Origin: a virus
Taxonomy: Duplodnaviria > Caudoviricetes
Length of the DNA: 40,422 nucleotides
Strand: one strand, 5' to 3'
Virus record (IMG/VR): IMGVR_UViG_3300029822_000026
Span: 1-40,422 of that record
Part shown: in pieces, positions 23,861-34,418 of the stretch
Layout: each line of letters opens with the position of its first letter
Numbering within the stretch: position 1 is the first letter of the stretch
Made by a program: the position numbers and the translations under genes
Notes under the pieces: generated by a model
Databases searched by the model: none
Seen by the model: the letters and a program-made list of their open reading frames with translations, nothing else
What the model was told of the DNA's origin: nothing

Positions 23861-25675
23861 CTACGCCCTCCTTAAATATTTATCGGAGCACCACCCCCGG
23901 ACGATTGGAGCTTGATTATGCAGTACTGTATCTACCCATCCATTGTTAGAGTCTAGTACGATACATTCTTCACCCGCAGATAGTTTTCCAATAGATACGA
24001 AAGAGGTTCCAGGACCTTCGCGTACATTAGTGTAGCTTGCACCTGCATATTTGTAAATTGCAGGAAGATAAGTTTCCGGCTCAGGCTCGGGCTCCGCTGG
24101 AGGAATAGGTTCCGCAATTAAGCCGCGCAATGAGTCCCAGATATATTCGTCTACGATACCATTGATCGTAACGCCTATACTCATCTGATAAGCACGCAAA
24201 GCCATATCAGTATTTGGACCAAATGAGCCATCAATTTTTCCAGGACTAAAACCTTTTTCCAGAAGTAATCCTTGAAGTTCTTTGACATCATCTCCCCGCA
24301 TTAGCGGATCAGCGAGATGCAAAACTCGCTGGCTAGGTTGCGGAATCTCTACCTCCCCAAGAAGAGCCGCCCGGAAATAATTCATGTCTATACTGGGGCA
24401 AAGTGTGGGGTAAAGCTTCCCAGTCGGCTTACCATTCGAGTATAAGGGGACCTCATTGTGGCCGAGTACATTCTTAGGCTGCAAATTGTACATTGCCATC
24501 AGGTCCTTTGTAAGACGAATCGCTGCCTGGAATTGCTTGGTGGTAGGGAGATCGCTGTTACGCATATCTCCATCTAATGCGATCGAGATGCTCCTTTGAT
24601 TTGCATTGTTAGTTGTACTGTCCTTCACAGCACCATGGCTATAGTTATATCCGCGTCCAAGATAGATTGTACCATCTTGGAGCACGAGATACGAATATCC
24701 GACGCCCTTATGTCCATCTTTTTCAATCTTGCTTTTTTGCAACGCTGCCCACTTTGCAGGAGTACCGTAGTTACCCACAGTGTGATGTATTTGAATATGA
24801 TCGGTTGTTTTACGAATATTACCTTTTCCTTTAGGCCAAACAAGACCCGTATCTATAGCGTAAGCTACCTCTTTCATGGATAAACTCTCCTTTGGTTTGA
24901 TTTGTAAGAAACCCCATCCAGTATGTGGATCAAAGCCTACTGGAGTTAAATCCTGTGCAAAACTTTTTAACTTAGTAAATAAGTCTGGTTCAGATAATTG
25001 CAAATTTTGAGATAGTACAAGTGCCGCTTTTCCTGCTACATTAGGTTGTGCCGCAGACGTGCCATCGTATAGAGCGGGTTTTCCATCCAAACCTATCACA
25101 TCTACATCACGCCCTAAATCCGCAAAGTCCATTTCGTTATGCCAAGTAGAAAAATCAGCCGTTGTACCATCACGATTTAAAGCTGCAACACAGATAGGTT
25201 CAGGCCAGCATCCAGGATAACGATTCAAGCGTTCCTCGCCATCATTGCCAGCAGCTACTATGACAGGTACGTTTAGAGCAACAAGTTCTTTGATAAGAGA
25301 ATGAGTTTCTTCGATACCAGCACACAGATATGACATACTAACAATGTATCTATTTGCAGTATCGATTTTTACTCTACGTGTTATGTCTGCAAGTATCCAG
25401 TTTATCATAGGTCCTTGAACGCTTAAATCTTGCGTATATCCATTATACACTAAAATTTTGGCCTCCGGACACCACCAGTTAAGCACCGAAGCTGTTTTAG
25501 TTCCATGAGAATCGATAGGCATTAGAGCATTAAAATGCCCAGAGATTAGCTGTGAACCAAAGGGCACCAGCGTGGACACGCCCGTGTCAATAGACGCAAT
25601 AATTATATTTTGTCCTTTGATACCTTGTGTATGGAAGGAGTCTTTGATCTGTTGATTAGTTATTTTAATATCCAT
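23861..25675 (-). CDS. Endolysin: S8 subtilase + amidase_2 + PG-binding + SH3b
   Basis: S8 motifs IDTG, HGT, AAGNDG and GTS. Amidase motifs IHHT, GY.Y, SI.IAL.G, GHNE and CP. PG-binding GDDVKELQ..L...GF..G.IDG.FG..T. SH3b NVREGPGT. Confidence 0.88.
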   Translation of the reverse strand: MDIKITNQQIKDSFHTQGIKGQNIIIASIDTGVSTLVPFGSQLISGHFNALMPIDSHGTKTASVLNWWCPEAKILVYNGYTQDLSVQGPMINWILADITRRVKIDTANRYIVSMSYLCAGIEETHSLIKELVALNVPVIVAAGNDGEERLNRYPGCWPEPICVAALNRDGTTADFSTWHNEMDFADLGRDVDVIGLDGKPALYDGTSAAQPNVAGKAALVLSQNLQLSEPDLFTKLKSFAQDLTPVGFDPHTGWGFLQIKPKESLSMKEVAYAIDTGLVWPKGKGNIRKTTDHIQIHHTVGNYGTPAKWAALQKSKIEKDGHKGVGYSYLVLQDGTIYLGRGYNYSHGAVKDSTTNNANQRSISIALDGDMRNSDLPTTKQFQAAIRLTKDLMAMYNLQPKNVLGHNEVPLYSNGKPTGKLYPTLCPSIDMNYFRAALLGEVEIPQPSQRVLHLADPLMRGDDVKELQGLLLEKGFSPGKIDGSFGPNTDMALRAYQMSIGVTINGIVDEYIWDSLRGLIAEPIPPAEPEPEPETYLPAIYKYAGASYTNVREGPGTSFVSIGKLSAGEECIVLDSNNGWVDTVLHNQAPIVRGWCSDKYLRRA

Positions 25676-25696
25676 ACTATGCTCCTAAGTTTGATT

Positions 25697-27034
25697 TTAC
25701 AAATCTGTCCATGCCTCACCGTTCAGGCGCTTTTTAACCCCTGTCACAGGCACAAGCGTACCGGAAGGGGAAAAATATACCGAACGCACCCCTGTTTTCA
25801 GATAGAAAACGGGCACGTCGCAAAGGACGATTTGCGGGGAAGCGGTTCTTTGCGTGATCACAAGCGTACCGATATCGGACGGTTGCCCGATAACGACAAG
25901 TTTCGACGCGTCGTAATTGTTGTTCGTTTCCCGCTGCCGATGGAAATTTATGATTTTATTCACAAATGCCGCCAATACAGCGGGCCTGGTTGCTGATGCG
26001 GTGCTTGTTGCTGAACCCATAAATCGGCGCATGGGGTCCGTTATCGTGGAAGATGCGGCCAAAACAGTGTCCATCGCGAAGGTATCCACATGACCACAAC
26101 AAAGTGCCATGTTCGCTACCGTACTCCCTCTTATGAAATAAAAAGAATCTTCCCATGCAACGGGATATTGAACGATCGCGGAGTTAATTGAAACACTGAC
26201 CGAAAAGGTCAGCTGTGTAAATGTTTGCGTATCAACGTCAAACAGAAAATTCGATTGGTTTATTGCAGTAGTTAAACTACCGCTTGCGGACGTAGCCCCA
26301 TAGCCCAGGTAAAAAATTTTCCCGTTCAGATTCAAAAGGTGCCCATCTCTTGCATATGGATTTGTTGTCGAAGTATTTACAATGGTACTCCATGTGTTAG
26401 TAGCCGGATTATATACGCGGAACGACGGAAGCCAAGTATCTGATGCAACTTCACCGCCATAGAAATACACAAGCCCCCCTACCTCAATGGCGGTACTCTG
26501 TCTGAAATTATTGCTCGGCATATCCGCAATCCTTTGAGAAGTGCCCGTGCTTAAATCCAAAATGCCAGCTCTATTGGATCGAACCCATTCTGTGCCAGAG
26601 GAATTCAAATACCACCCACCGACAAAAATCAGTTTATTGTTAAAAATTCCACAAGAAAATCTGTCGGAATAATAATCTGACGCGGTGGTGTGCACTACCT
26701 GACTATACGTATCTGTCGCAATGTTATAGATATCGACGGTAAAAGTAACCGCACGCGGGGTTCCTTGTGTCCCGGAGGCCAGGGAAGCGGCTACCCAATA
26801 AATCCTTCCATTGTTAAAAGTGGCGTAAATCGTGCTGGTGCGCGTGGTGATGTTGCTGATATCTTCATCAATGGCAACGTCCCCCGCGCCTAAAGCAATG
26901 GGGGTAATCGCCACTTTCGTATATCCGGAAATCGGCACAAAAAGGCCCTCCGGCTGACTTTCGGGAGGCTCCTCGCCAGTGAAAATCTTAAAGGCAACGC
27001 CCCCGCCGCCCGTAATACAATTTACACGGCCCAT
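25697..27034 (-). CDS. Putative receptor-binding protein with Kelch-like beta-propeller
   Basis: Repeats NKLIFVGG, GLVYFYGG..YNPATNTWS and GKIFYLG..FDVDTQTFT. Last tail gene. Start ATG 27034 is coupled to the upstream TAA. Confidence 0.72.
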   Translation of the reverse strand: MGRVNCITGGGGVAFKIFTGEEPPESQPEGLFVPISGYTKVAITPIALGAGDVAIDEDISNITTRTSTIYATFNNGRIYWVAASLASGTQGTPRAVTFTVDIYNIATDTYSQVVHTTASDYYSDRFSCGIFNNKLIFVGGWYLNSSGTEWVRSNRAGILDLSTGTSQRIADMPSNNFRQSTAIEVGGLVYFYGGEVASDTWLPSFRVYNPATNTWSTIVNTSTTNPYARDGHLLNLNGKIFYLGYGATSASGSLTTAINQSNFLFDVDTQTFTQLTFSVSVSINSAIVQYPVAWEDSFYFIRGSTVANMALCCGHVDTFAMDTVLAASSTITDPMRRFMGSATSTASATRPAVLAAFVNKIINFHRQRETNNNYDASKLVVIGQPSDIGTLVITQRTASPQIVLCDVPVFYLKTGVRSVYFSPSGTLVPVTGVKKRLNGEAWTDL

Positions 27035-27858
27035 TAGAATACCCTCACTTTCTTCAATATTACGGATGCCTCTGGAATTGACGTTGCGTAAATATAAATC
27101 CCGCCAGCGTACTCGTCGCACGTCGGAGCCATGTTGCCGGGGTCTGTATCCGGGTCCACGTCAGCGTCAACGAACGCCGCCGCTGTTACGCCCGTCAAAG
27201 GCACTGTTGCACGATAGGGCCAATCTTCATAGGTCAGATCGGAAGCCCAATCTCCCACCTCAATTTCCACATCTTCAAACCGCAGCGCAGCAGCCGCAGC
27301 GCCGGATATGTCATCTACGGCAAGCACAACAGCGCCAGTTTTTCCTGCCACAGATGTAACAGCGTTCACCTGTGCCCCTTCATCCACCCCCGCCAGCTTT
27401 TCCTTTTCATCGGTGGTATAGTCCTCGGTGGAAAGGCTTTTGCCGGGTATAGGAACAACATAATCGGTGTCACCTATAGCTATCTCAACACCACTACCGT
27501 TACCCTTTAAGATGCCGTCAAAAAGTGTTTCTGTATTACTGTCTAAGATGGAGGGAGCCAACAACTGGCCGATATCTACCCAAGCCAGAGCTTCTATATC
27601 CCAAATGTAGATAGTTAATGTAGGAGATACACCAACAGAATATGCATCACCTGCTGCTCCTGTAGGATGGGCTAGTTGCAAAGCTTCTAGGGAATCATAA
27701 TGGCCTAGTATGGTAAGCGCATTAGTCATGCGTACTGCTAAGCTATGCAAAGCAGCATCTATCAAGGTGTTATCTTGATTGAAGTCCACCTTTTTAGGCT
27801 TATCACCGCCTAGCCACTGATTCAATTTATAGTGCAAGGTCTTAAAAGAACTAGGCAT
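27034..27858 (-). CDS. Tail fibre/baseplate adaptor protein
   Basis: T.HYKLNQW...D...DFN.DN..ID N-terminus, GKSLSTEDYTTDEKEKL and VTSVAGKTGAV fibre motifs. Start at 27858. Confidence 0.72.
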   Translation of the reverse strand: MPSSFKTLHYKLNQWLGGDKPKKVDFNQDNTLIDAALHSLAVRMTNALTILGHYDSLEALQLAHPTGAAGDAYSVGVSPTLTIYIWDIEALAWVDIGQLLAPSILDSNTETLFDGILKGNGSGVEIAIGDTDYVVPIPGKSLSTEDYTTDEKEKLAGVDEGAQVNAVTSVAGKTGAVVLAVDDISGAAAAALRFEDVEIEVGDWASDLTYEDWPYRATVPLTGVTAAAFVDADVDPDTDPGNMAPTCDEYAGGIYIYATSIPEASVILKKVRVF

Positions 27859-27859
27859 G

Positions 27860-28105
27860 TTAGACCACCTTCCCGAGTATAATGTAAGTGCCGCCATCAT
27901 CGCTTCCAATTCGTGCTGTTAGGACTCTATCACCAGGAGTCGGTGTGTAGCTATCCAGCCTACCGTATGGTTGCTCCCGTGCCTCAATATCGCCCGCGAA
28001 CTGTAAGTAGGTACCAGTTTCATCTGCCCTATCAACCGTAGCCATCCTAAAGGTAGCTACAATATTTAGTTCATGCGTTTTACCATTAACGTCTCTGAAT
28101 CTCAT
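27860..28105 (-). CDS. Small baseplate/tail-tip protein
   Basis: YTPTPGDRVL...YIILGKV OB-like pattern. Position after the hub gene. Confidence 0.65.
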   Translation of the reverse strand: MRFRDVNGKTHELNIVATFRMATVDRADETGTYLQFAGDIEAREQPYGRLDSYTPTPGDRVLTARIGSDDGGTYIILGKVV

Positions 28106-29346
28106 GCCATCACCACCAGACGCCGTGCTTCATGTTTCATCCGACCATCGTACCGTAAAGGTAAAGTCCAATTGCTTTCTATGAATATGCCTGAGATATC
28201 GGGATGTCGAATTTCCAATACTTCTGCACGTTCGTGCAAGGGATTCAATGCTGTATTAAACGTTAAATGCTCGTAGCGGTTATTGGTTACCTCTATGGCG
28301 TAGCGTTTGATATAAGCATCTAGCGCCGCTTGCGAGGAAATTGCGTCTGGCTGATAAATATCACTCGTGATATTGCGGCCCCTCTGTATGGTAGAGAACA
28401 TAGATGCAGGATTATCGTTTATCCAAACACTGACATAGCTTTCCTCCATATCCGGATTGTCACACACCGCAATGAAAACGTTAGGCGTTTTGTAGTAGTC
28501 AACTTCACTTTGCGTATCCCGTTCGATAATTGAAAGGTAGTCATCTCGGTATACGCCTGTCACGACAGATGCACTAGGTTCTGTATATGCCGATATGATG
28601 AAATTACCATCTGCATCGCAATAGATGCTATCGAAGTTAATTTCACTCAGTAACTTGTTAATGATACTGCGCTTACTGGTTCCAATTTCAAACGTCCTGT
28701 TAGAAGGCAGTACAGTAGTTACGGTATCACGCATAAACACATTCGTTATACCGGCTCCAATCAAGATAGTACCAATTGCTTCTAAGTACGGTGTATCCTT
28801 CGGAATGAATAGCGGAGCAACTATGCAATCTTCCTCGAGGATGATTGTATGATCATATGCTTCCACATCCCAGGTATTGCTTCCGTTTTCGCTGCTACGT
28901 TGCGGAGTAGAGAGAACGAATACCCCGAGGGGAAATTCTGCCCAAGTTGGTTCCCGTTCTTCCTCGAACAGAATACCGTCATCTAGCTCGTCCCAGGTAA
29001 GGTCTAAATCGTCCCACTGTTGAAAAGTGAAATCAAGAAGATCACGCTGATCCCAGGTTTCAATTATCTTAGATAAAATAGAAATCTCATCCTCCATACG
29101 CAATAACATGTACGGCTTAACTTCTTCATTCAACCAATCTAATGGTTCGGTAAACGAAAAGCGTGCTGTGCGTTGAATATTCGCAAACCTATTGAGAGAG
29201 ACTTCGCCCTCAGCAGCTACAGAGCGTACACGTGCTCCATTTCGCAAAACATCGTAACGAAATGCTACACGAATTACACCAGACTTACCGTATAACGCGT
29301 CTAGTATCTGCTGTTCAGTCCAATGCTCTCGTGCTGCTACTATCAT
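28102..29346 (-). CDS. Baseplate hub/Tal-like tail protein
   Basis: FPLGVF, VEAYD and IYCDADG.F. Second gene after the tape measure. Confidence 0.7.
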   Translation of the reverse strand: MIVAAREHWTEQQILDALYGKSGVIRVAFRYDVLRNGARVRSVAAEGEVSLNRFANIQRTARFSFTEPLDWLNEEVKPYMLLRMEDEISILSKIIETWDQRDLLDFTFQQWDDLDLTWDELDDGILFEEEREPTWAEFPLGVFVLSTPQRSSENGSNTWDVEAYDHTIILEEDCIVAPLFIPKDTPYLEAIGTILIGAGITNVFMRDTVTTVLPSNRTFEIGTSKRSIINKLLSEINFDSIYCDADGNFIISAYTEPSASVVTGVYRDDYLSIIERDTQSEVDYYKTPNVFIAVCDNPDMEESYVSVWINDNPASMFSTIQRGRNITSDIYQPDAISSQAALDAYIKRYAIEVTNNRYEHLTFNTALNPLHERAEVLEIRHPDISGIFIESNWTLPLRYDGRMKHEARRLVVMA

Positions 29347-31694
29347 TCATCCCACCCCAAAACTGATGTGCTACTTGCTTGTTTACCTTCAAGCATCATG
29401 CTTTTTCTTTCTATCGACAGGGGTTCTTCTTCCTCTTCTGGAGGTATCCAAGGAGCTGCATATTCGATAGCCTCAACAAAATCCGCCCTATTAAACATAA
29501 ACGTGAAGATAATCATATTCTGTTCTTGTGTATGCGTGATCGAAGTAATCGTACCATACATACGATTACCAAGCATATCACGATACAAAAGGGTTTGCCG
29601 CCTATCAATTAAAGCGTCCAACCTGGCAAATTCAGCTACACTAGTGTAGTAGTATGCTATTGAGTAACCCTCGTCCTCAAATTCGCTGATACTATGTATG
29701 GGGTACTTTCTACCTGCATAGTGTCTCGACACAGATAAAATGTTACGTTGTCTAGTCAGACCAGGCTGGCCTAGTGCCTTCTTGTTCATACGAATAATGT
29801 CTGACAGATCATCTATCGGGGCAAGTATTGCGCAATTCACGACAACCAATACAGACGCTTCATTACTATCTGCAAAATTATCTTCTTCATCCACAACACG
29901 TACCACATACACCACTCCACTAAGAGGGCTGTAATCCGTGTACGAGTTTACTCCAGTAATATCTGCAATAGCAATTCCATCACGCAATAAATATGCACGG
30001 ACTATACCTTCTGCATATGGAGTAATAGTAATCAACGCTCCATCTGTAATAGCTACTGCGGTAATGGTAGGCACCGCTGGTTCTACAAAATCAACAGTGA
30101 AAGCTGCTGCGGTCCAAGCACTCCAGAACTGTGAGGGATTGATTACTCGTAGGCGTGCAGTATACGATCCTGTCGACAAGAAGATAGGTATCCTTCTGGA
30201 TTTTACAATCCCAGCAGTTGCATCGCTATCCCAAATCAACGTGGTGCCAGATAAGATTTGCAATTGATAGCCGCTTTGATCGATACTACTCCAGGAAATC
30301 GTAGGACGCGCATGACTAGTTACCGTCAGAATAGACGGCGTAGGCGGTGCACCAACTCCCATGAATGAAACAGGAGCGCTCCAATCACCAGCAATATCAT
30401 CCTGGTTATATGTACGAACTCTCCACTGAATCTGTCCGGTTATGAGCGTATTTGCAGGTATGGTCGCAGATAACGCAGGTCCTATAATTGTAGCAAGTGT
30501 TAACCAATCTCCACCTGTCAGCCGGTATTGCAGATCAGCCTTACTTTGCGGAGTACCCGAATCGATATTATGCTGCCAAGAAAACACAATATCTGATGAG
30601 ATGGACAAGTAGTTATTGATGGGCGCGATGGGAATAGCTACCAGTGGCAATGCGTCATCAAAACTAAACCCGGTCATGATGCCAGTAAAGTTAGGGTCAA
30701 CAACATTAGGAGGCACACTTGTAGATGTCCCCAATACCGCATGTCGTTGATCATCAAAAAAACTAATAGTCATTCCACGATTAGGCAATGACGGCAAACC
30801 AGCGGGAACAGCTTGCTTAATAAAGTTATCACCAGAGCGTATATATATGAAAGCATTAGGTACACTTAAAAACGCAATACCAAAATACACACCACTACCA
30901 GAAAATGCGATACCCCGAATATGTGGAGATGGCGTTGGCTCAGAAAAATCTGGCTGAATGGGATCAGGTAATTTCGTAAAGGTATCATCTACACGCTTGT
31001 ATACTATAAAATACGGCAAGGTTGCGGAATAAGTAGTTACTACCAGATGAAGATCATCCGGACTAAATAAGCACCGATAAACCATGGAATGAGGTTGCAC
31101 AGCTAAATTTGGTAAGCCTGTAAACGTATCCCCGCTACGCTTATATATTCTAAGAAATGGTGCTGTACTTCTGCCTACAACGAGATATAACGCGTCAGAA
31201 GAGAAGCAGACACCACTACTCCCTTCGCCCATATCTCCAATAGCGGGAGTCGGATTAGCCAAGCGTGCGAATGCATCACCTGTACGCTTATATACGGATA
31301 AGTAAGGACTATTAAAGTGACGCAACGCCAAGTATACACCATCCCGAGATAATGCAACTCCAGCTACAACACCACTAGGCAAACCACCAGTCGGATCAGC
31401 GAGTTTCGCAAAAGTATCACCAGTGCGTTTGTAGATGGTAACAAATGGTGTACCGGTATGGCCAACTACAAGGTATATAGCATCCTCATCGATTGCGCAA
31501 TCGTAAGACTTGCCATTTGTACCAGCAGGCGGCAATGTAGCTGGATCAGCAAGTTTCGTAAAGTCTTCTCCACTACGCTTGTAGAATGTCACAAATGGTG
31601 AGTAGTAATGAGATACCATCAAATACAAGCCATCATCTGATATTTTGGCTTGCGTTGGCATACCTGTTACGTTCACATCAAATGTTATAGCCAT
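29343..31694 (-). CDS. Distal-tail-position protein: N-terminal beta-propeller + FN3/Ig-like domains + Dit-like C-terminus
   Basis: Six ~46-aa YKRxGDxFxKLxDP repeats, WRVRTYN...WS FN3 motif, GRKYP and LLYRD..G C-terminal motifs. Directly after the tape measure gene. Confidence 0.7.
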   Translation of the reverse strand: MAITFDVNVTGMPTQAKISDDGLYLMVSHYYSPFVTFYKRSGEDFTKLADPATLPPAGTNGKSYDCAIDEDAIYLVVGHTGTPFVTIYKRTGDTFAKLADPTGGLPSGVVAGVALSRDGVYLALRHFNSPYLSVYKRTGDAFARLANPTPAIGDMGEGSSGVCFSSDALYLVVGRSTAPFLRIYKRSGDTFTGLPNLAVQPHSMVYRCLFSPDDLHLVVTTYSATLPYFIVYKRVDDTFTKLPDPIQPDFSEPTPSPHIRGIAFSGSGVYFGIAFLSVPNAFIYIRSGDNFIKQAVPAGLPSLPNRGMTISFFDDQRHAVLGTSTSVPPNVVDPNFTGIMTGFSFDDALPLVAIPIAPINNYLSISSDIVFSWQHNIDSGTPQSKADLQYRLTGGDWLTLATIIGPALSATIPANTLITGQIQWRVRTYNQDDIAGDWSAPVSFMGVGAPPTPSILTVTSHARPTISWSSIDQSGYQLQILSGTTLIWDSDATAGIVKSRRIPIFLSTGSYTARLRVINPSQFWSAWTAAAFTVDFVEPAVPTITAVAITDGALITITPYAEGIVRAYLLRDGIAIADITGVNSYTDYSPLSGVVYVVRVVDEEDNFADSNEASVLVVVNCAILAPIDDLSDIIRMNKKALGQPGLTRQRNILSVSRHYAGRKYPIHSISEFEDEGYSIAYYYTSVAEFARLDALIDRRQTLLYRDMLGNRMYGTITSITHTQEQNMIIFTFMFNRADFVEAIEYAAPWIPPEEEEEPLSIERKSMMLEGKQASSTSVLGWDE

Positions 31695-33778
31695 TCGCTA
31701 CCTCCTGCGCGACCCACCTGTCGCGCTCGATCTGTATCCTCAAGCAACGCTAGAATACGTGCATAGTCTTTACTATCAGGATAAACATTTATAGTCCCAA
31801 TGCTTTGTGTGCTTGTCAAATTACTTGTACCAGGGGTTGCGGATAAAATCTTTGCAGACACATCGGCAGTATACAAACGCGATATGGATGAGAGCGCCAA
31901 GTCTTCAAGCGTGGTTGAATTATTCCTAAACCTACCACCACGAATATTCAAACCTGCATTCACGTAGAAATCTGTAGGAATTGCATCACGCATATCATCA
32001 CCAACATGCTTCATAGCGCGCTCGAAACCCACGCCAATACCTTCCCCTAAATCAGATCCAATCTCCGCAAACAAGGTAGATGGAGATTTAATTCCAAAAA
32101 AGTTTTTGATGCTATCGACAACGCCACCAAAGAATCCGCTTATCTTTTCTCTCAGCCAAGCACCAGCATCGGAAATACCTTGCCACAATCCCTTGATGAG
32201 ATCGTTACCAACCTCAGACATCTTGCCCCAAAACTCAGCAAAGCCACTAACGATTGCTTCAATAATTTTCGGAATGGCTTTAACAATCTCAACGATGATT
32301 GCGGGAAGATTTTCTATCAATGCAACAAATAGCTCTACACCAGCTTCGATGATCTTATCGATGCTACCAATAAGAGCGGTAACAATTCCATCAATGATCT
32401 GCGGAATAGCTTCAACAATTTGTGCAATAATTTGAGGTAACGCTTCTATAATTGCGACAAAAAGCTGAATACCGACATCGATAATTTGCGGCACTGCATC
32501 CATAAAGAATTGCAACAGCGCATCAATAATACCAGGCAAAGCTGCAAGCAATTGCGGAATCGCATCAAGAAGCCCCTGCGCCAACCCCATAATTAGTTGC
32601 AGACCTGCATCCAAGAGCAGGGGGAGATTTTCGATTAAACCATCAACAATGGTTAAAATTGCCTCAATAGCAGCAGGTATAAGCTCAGGTAGAGCATCAG
32701 TAAGCCCCTGAATTAAGGTAGCTACTAGCTGTACTGCTGCATCTACAATCAGAGGGAGATTCTCTATAACTGCATCGACAATAGTTAAAATAGCATCTAC
32801 AGCTACAGGAATCAATTCCGGTAACAGAGAAACTAATGTACCTAATACCTTAGTGAATAGAGTGGTTGCAGCATTGAGAAGTGTCGGCAGTAAAGAGGTT
32901 AGCGCACCAGCAATACCATCAAACAGCTTAGGTAAAGACTCAACTATATTTTCAATAACCGGAGTTATATTTTTGATAACGTTTTCGAGAGATTCAATTA
33001 CAATGTCTAGCAACGCATCAACATCAGCGTTGGCATCACCAAGACCAACTTTCAAATTTTCAAAAGCTGCTCCAAGTGTGGAGATTGAACCGCTAATTGT
33101 TTCAGTCGCTTCAAGTGCTGTAGTCCCAGTAATGCCTATCTCGGTCTGAATAACGTGAATAGCTTGCATCACATCAGACAGAGAAGAAATGTCATACTTT
33201 ATGCCAGATAGCTTTTGTGCATCTGCAAGCAATCTTTCCATCTCGGTTTTAGTACCACCATAACCGAGTTTAAGATTATCCAGCATGGTGTAATTCTGCT
33301 TAGCGAAGCCTTGGTAAGCATTTTGGATAGACTCCATACTGCTTCCCATTTTGTTGGCGTTATCTGCCATATCGATGATCGCCATATCCGCAATCTTTGC
33401 GGCAGCAGCGGTATCACCGCCAAGAGATTGCAGCAGACTTGCGGAAAAGCCAGTGACTGTAGTCATGTAGTCATTGGCCGACAGCCCAGCAGTTTTATAG
33501 GCAGTAGCAGCGTATTCCTGAACAACATCAGCAGATGTCTTAAACAGTGTCTCAACACCGCCAATAAGCTGCTCATATTCAGCATAAGAGGCAACAACAT
33601 CTTTAGCAAGCTTATATGCAGCTGCACCCGCAGCCACGGCTGCAGCACCAATACCAGCAGCTATCTTACCAGCCGCCGATCCTAGCTTACCAAGCTTGCC
33701 TTCAGCTTCTTTGTTTGCGCTATCTATACCAGATGTATCGCCAACATACTTAAATGTTACTTTGCCATCGTCCGCCAT
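31685..33778 (-). CDS. Tape measure protein
   Basis: 697 aa Ala/Ile/Leu-rich helical repeats. YEQLIGGVETLF, NYTMLDNLKLGYGGTK and GIKSPS motifs. Confidence 0.95.
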   Translation of the reverse strand: MADDGKVTFKYVGDTSGIDSANKEAEGKLGKLGSAAGKIAAGIGAAAVAAGAAAYKLAKDVVASYAEYEQLIGGVETLFKTSADVVQEYAATAYKTAGLSANDYMTTVTGFSASLLQSLGGDTAAAAKIADMAIIDMADNANKMGSSMESIQNAYQGFAKQNYTMLDNLKLGYGGTKTEMERLLADAQKLSGIKYDISSLSDVMQAIHVIQTEIGITGTTALEATETISGSISTLGAAFENLKVGLGDANADVDALLDIVIESLENVIKNITPVIENIVESLPKLFDGIAGALTSLLPTLLNAATTLFTKVLGTLVSLLPELIPVAVDAILTIVDAVIENLPLIVDAAVQLVATLIQGLTDALPELIPAAIEAILTIVDGLIENLPLLLDAGLQLIMGLAQGLLDAIPQLLAALPGIIDALLQFFMDAVPQIIDVGIQLFVAIIEALPQIIAQIVEAIPQIIDGIVTALIGSIDKIIEAGVELFVALIENLPAIIVEIVKAIPKIIEAIVSGFAEFWGKMSEVGNDLIKGLWQGISDAGAWLREKISGFFGGVVDSIKNFFGIKSPSTLFAEIGSDLGEGIGVGFERAMKHVGDDMRDAIPTDFYVNAGLNIRGGRFRNNSTTLEDLALSSISRLYTADVSAKILSATPGTSNLTSTQSIGTINVYPDSKDYARILALLEDTDRARQVGRAGGSEWL

Positions 33779-33785
33779 TTGACTC

Positions 33786-34418
33786 TCACCGCCTTTGCCG
33801 TGGTTTACTTGCTCGTGCTGCCAACCCAGCAGCCAATCGATCCACGCCCCGCTGAAAGGCTATCTCTGCTTCGGTTTCAGTAAATCGTAAGGCATAAAAT
33901 GTCTTAGCTTCAATCAACGCTTTTATCTGTGCTGCATTATGCTTTGTTGATTCAGGTATAGGACGGCGACGAATATGCATAATTTCTTTAATTTTAGTAT
34001 CATCTGGCAACCCCATAAACAATGCTATGAACTGTCGCCAATCTAATCGTGCACGTCGTCTCGGTCCATACCCTGCCATCTTATACAAATCTAATCCATA
34101 TACAGATAAAAACGCTGCATAGATATAGGGTGCATCTTGCTCAAAATCTAACAATTTAGGCTCATTCGTCTCTCGACCCTCGCCAACTATCATACTAAGA
34201 GCCTCTTCAACAAACTGGACCTGACTCTCAATATCTAGTTTTGCAGCACGCTTTCCAGCTAAGATTTCAGCAGTAAGCGTAATGCGCTGAGTAGGTGTAA
34301 ATAATTCATCTCGTTGCAATGCAAATACTCGCAGTACCGTGTCAAACGCGGTATTGATTCTGTAGCGTCGCCCCATGAATTCTAATTCACAAGGCAATTG
34401 CATAGATAATGAAATCAC
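33786..34418 (-). CDS. Gp15-like tail assembly protein (A118 gp15 family)
   Basis: DFEQDAPYIYAAF...YGLDL...LDW..F.ALF.GL.DDT.I..IM.IR. Confidence 0.85.
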   Translation of the reverse strand: MISLSMQLPCELEFMGRRYRINTAFDTVLRVFALQRDELFTPTQRITLTAEILAGKRAAKLDIESQVQFVEEALSMIVGEGRETNEPKLLDFEQDAPYIYAAFLSVYGLDLYKMAGYGPRRRARLDWRQFIALFMGLPDDTKIKEIMHIRRRPIPESTKHNAAQIKALIEAKTFYALRFTETEAEIAFQRGVDRLAAGLAARASKPRQRR

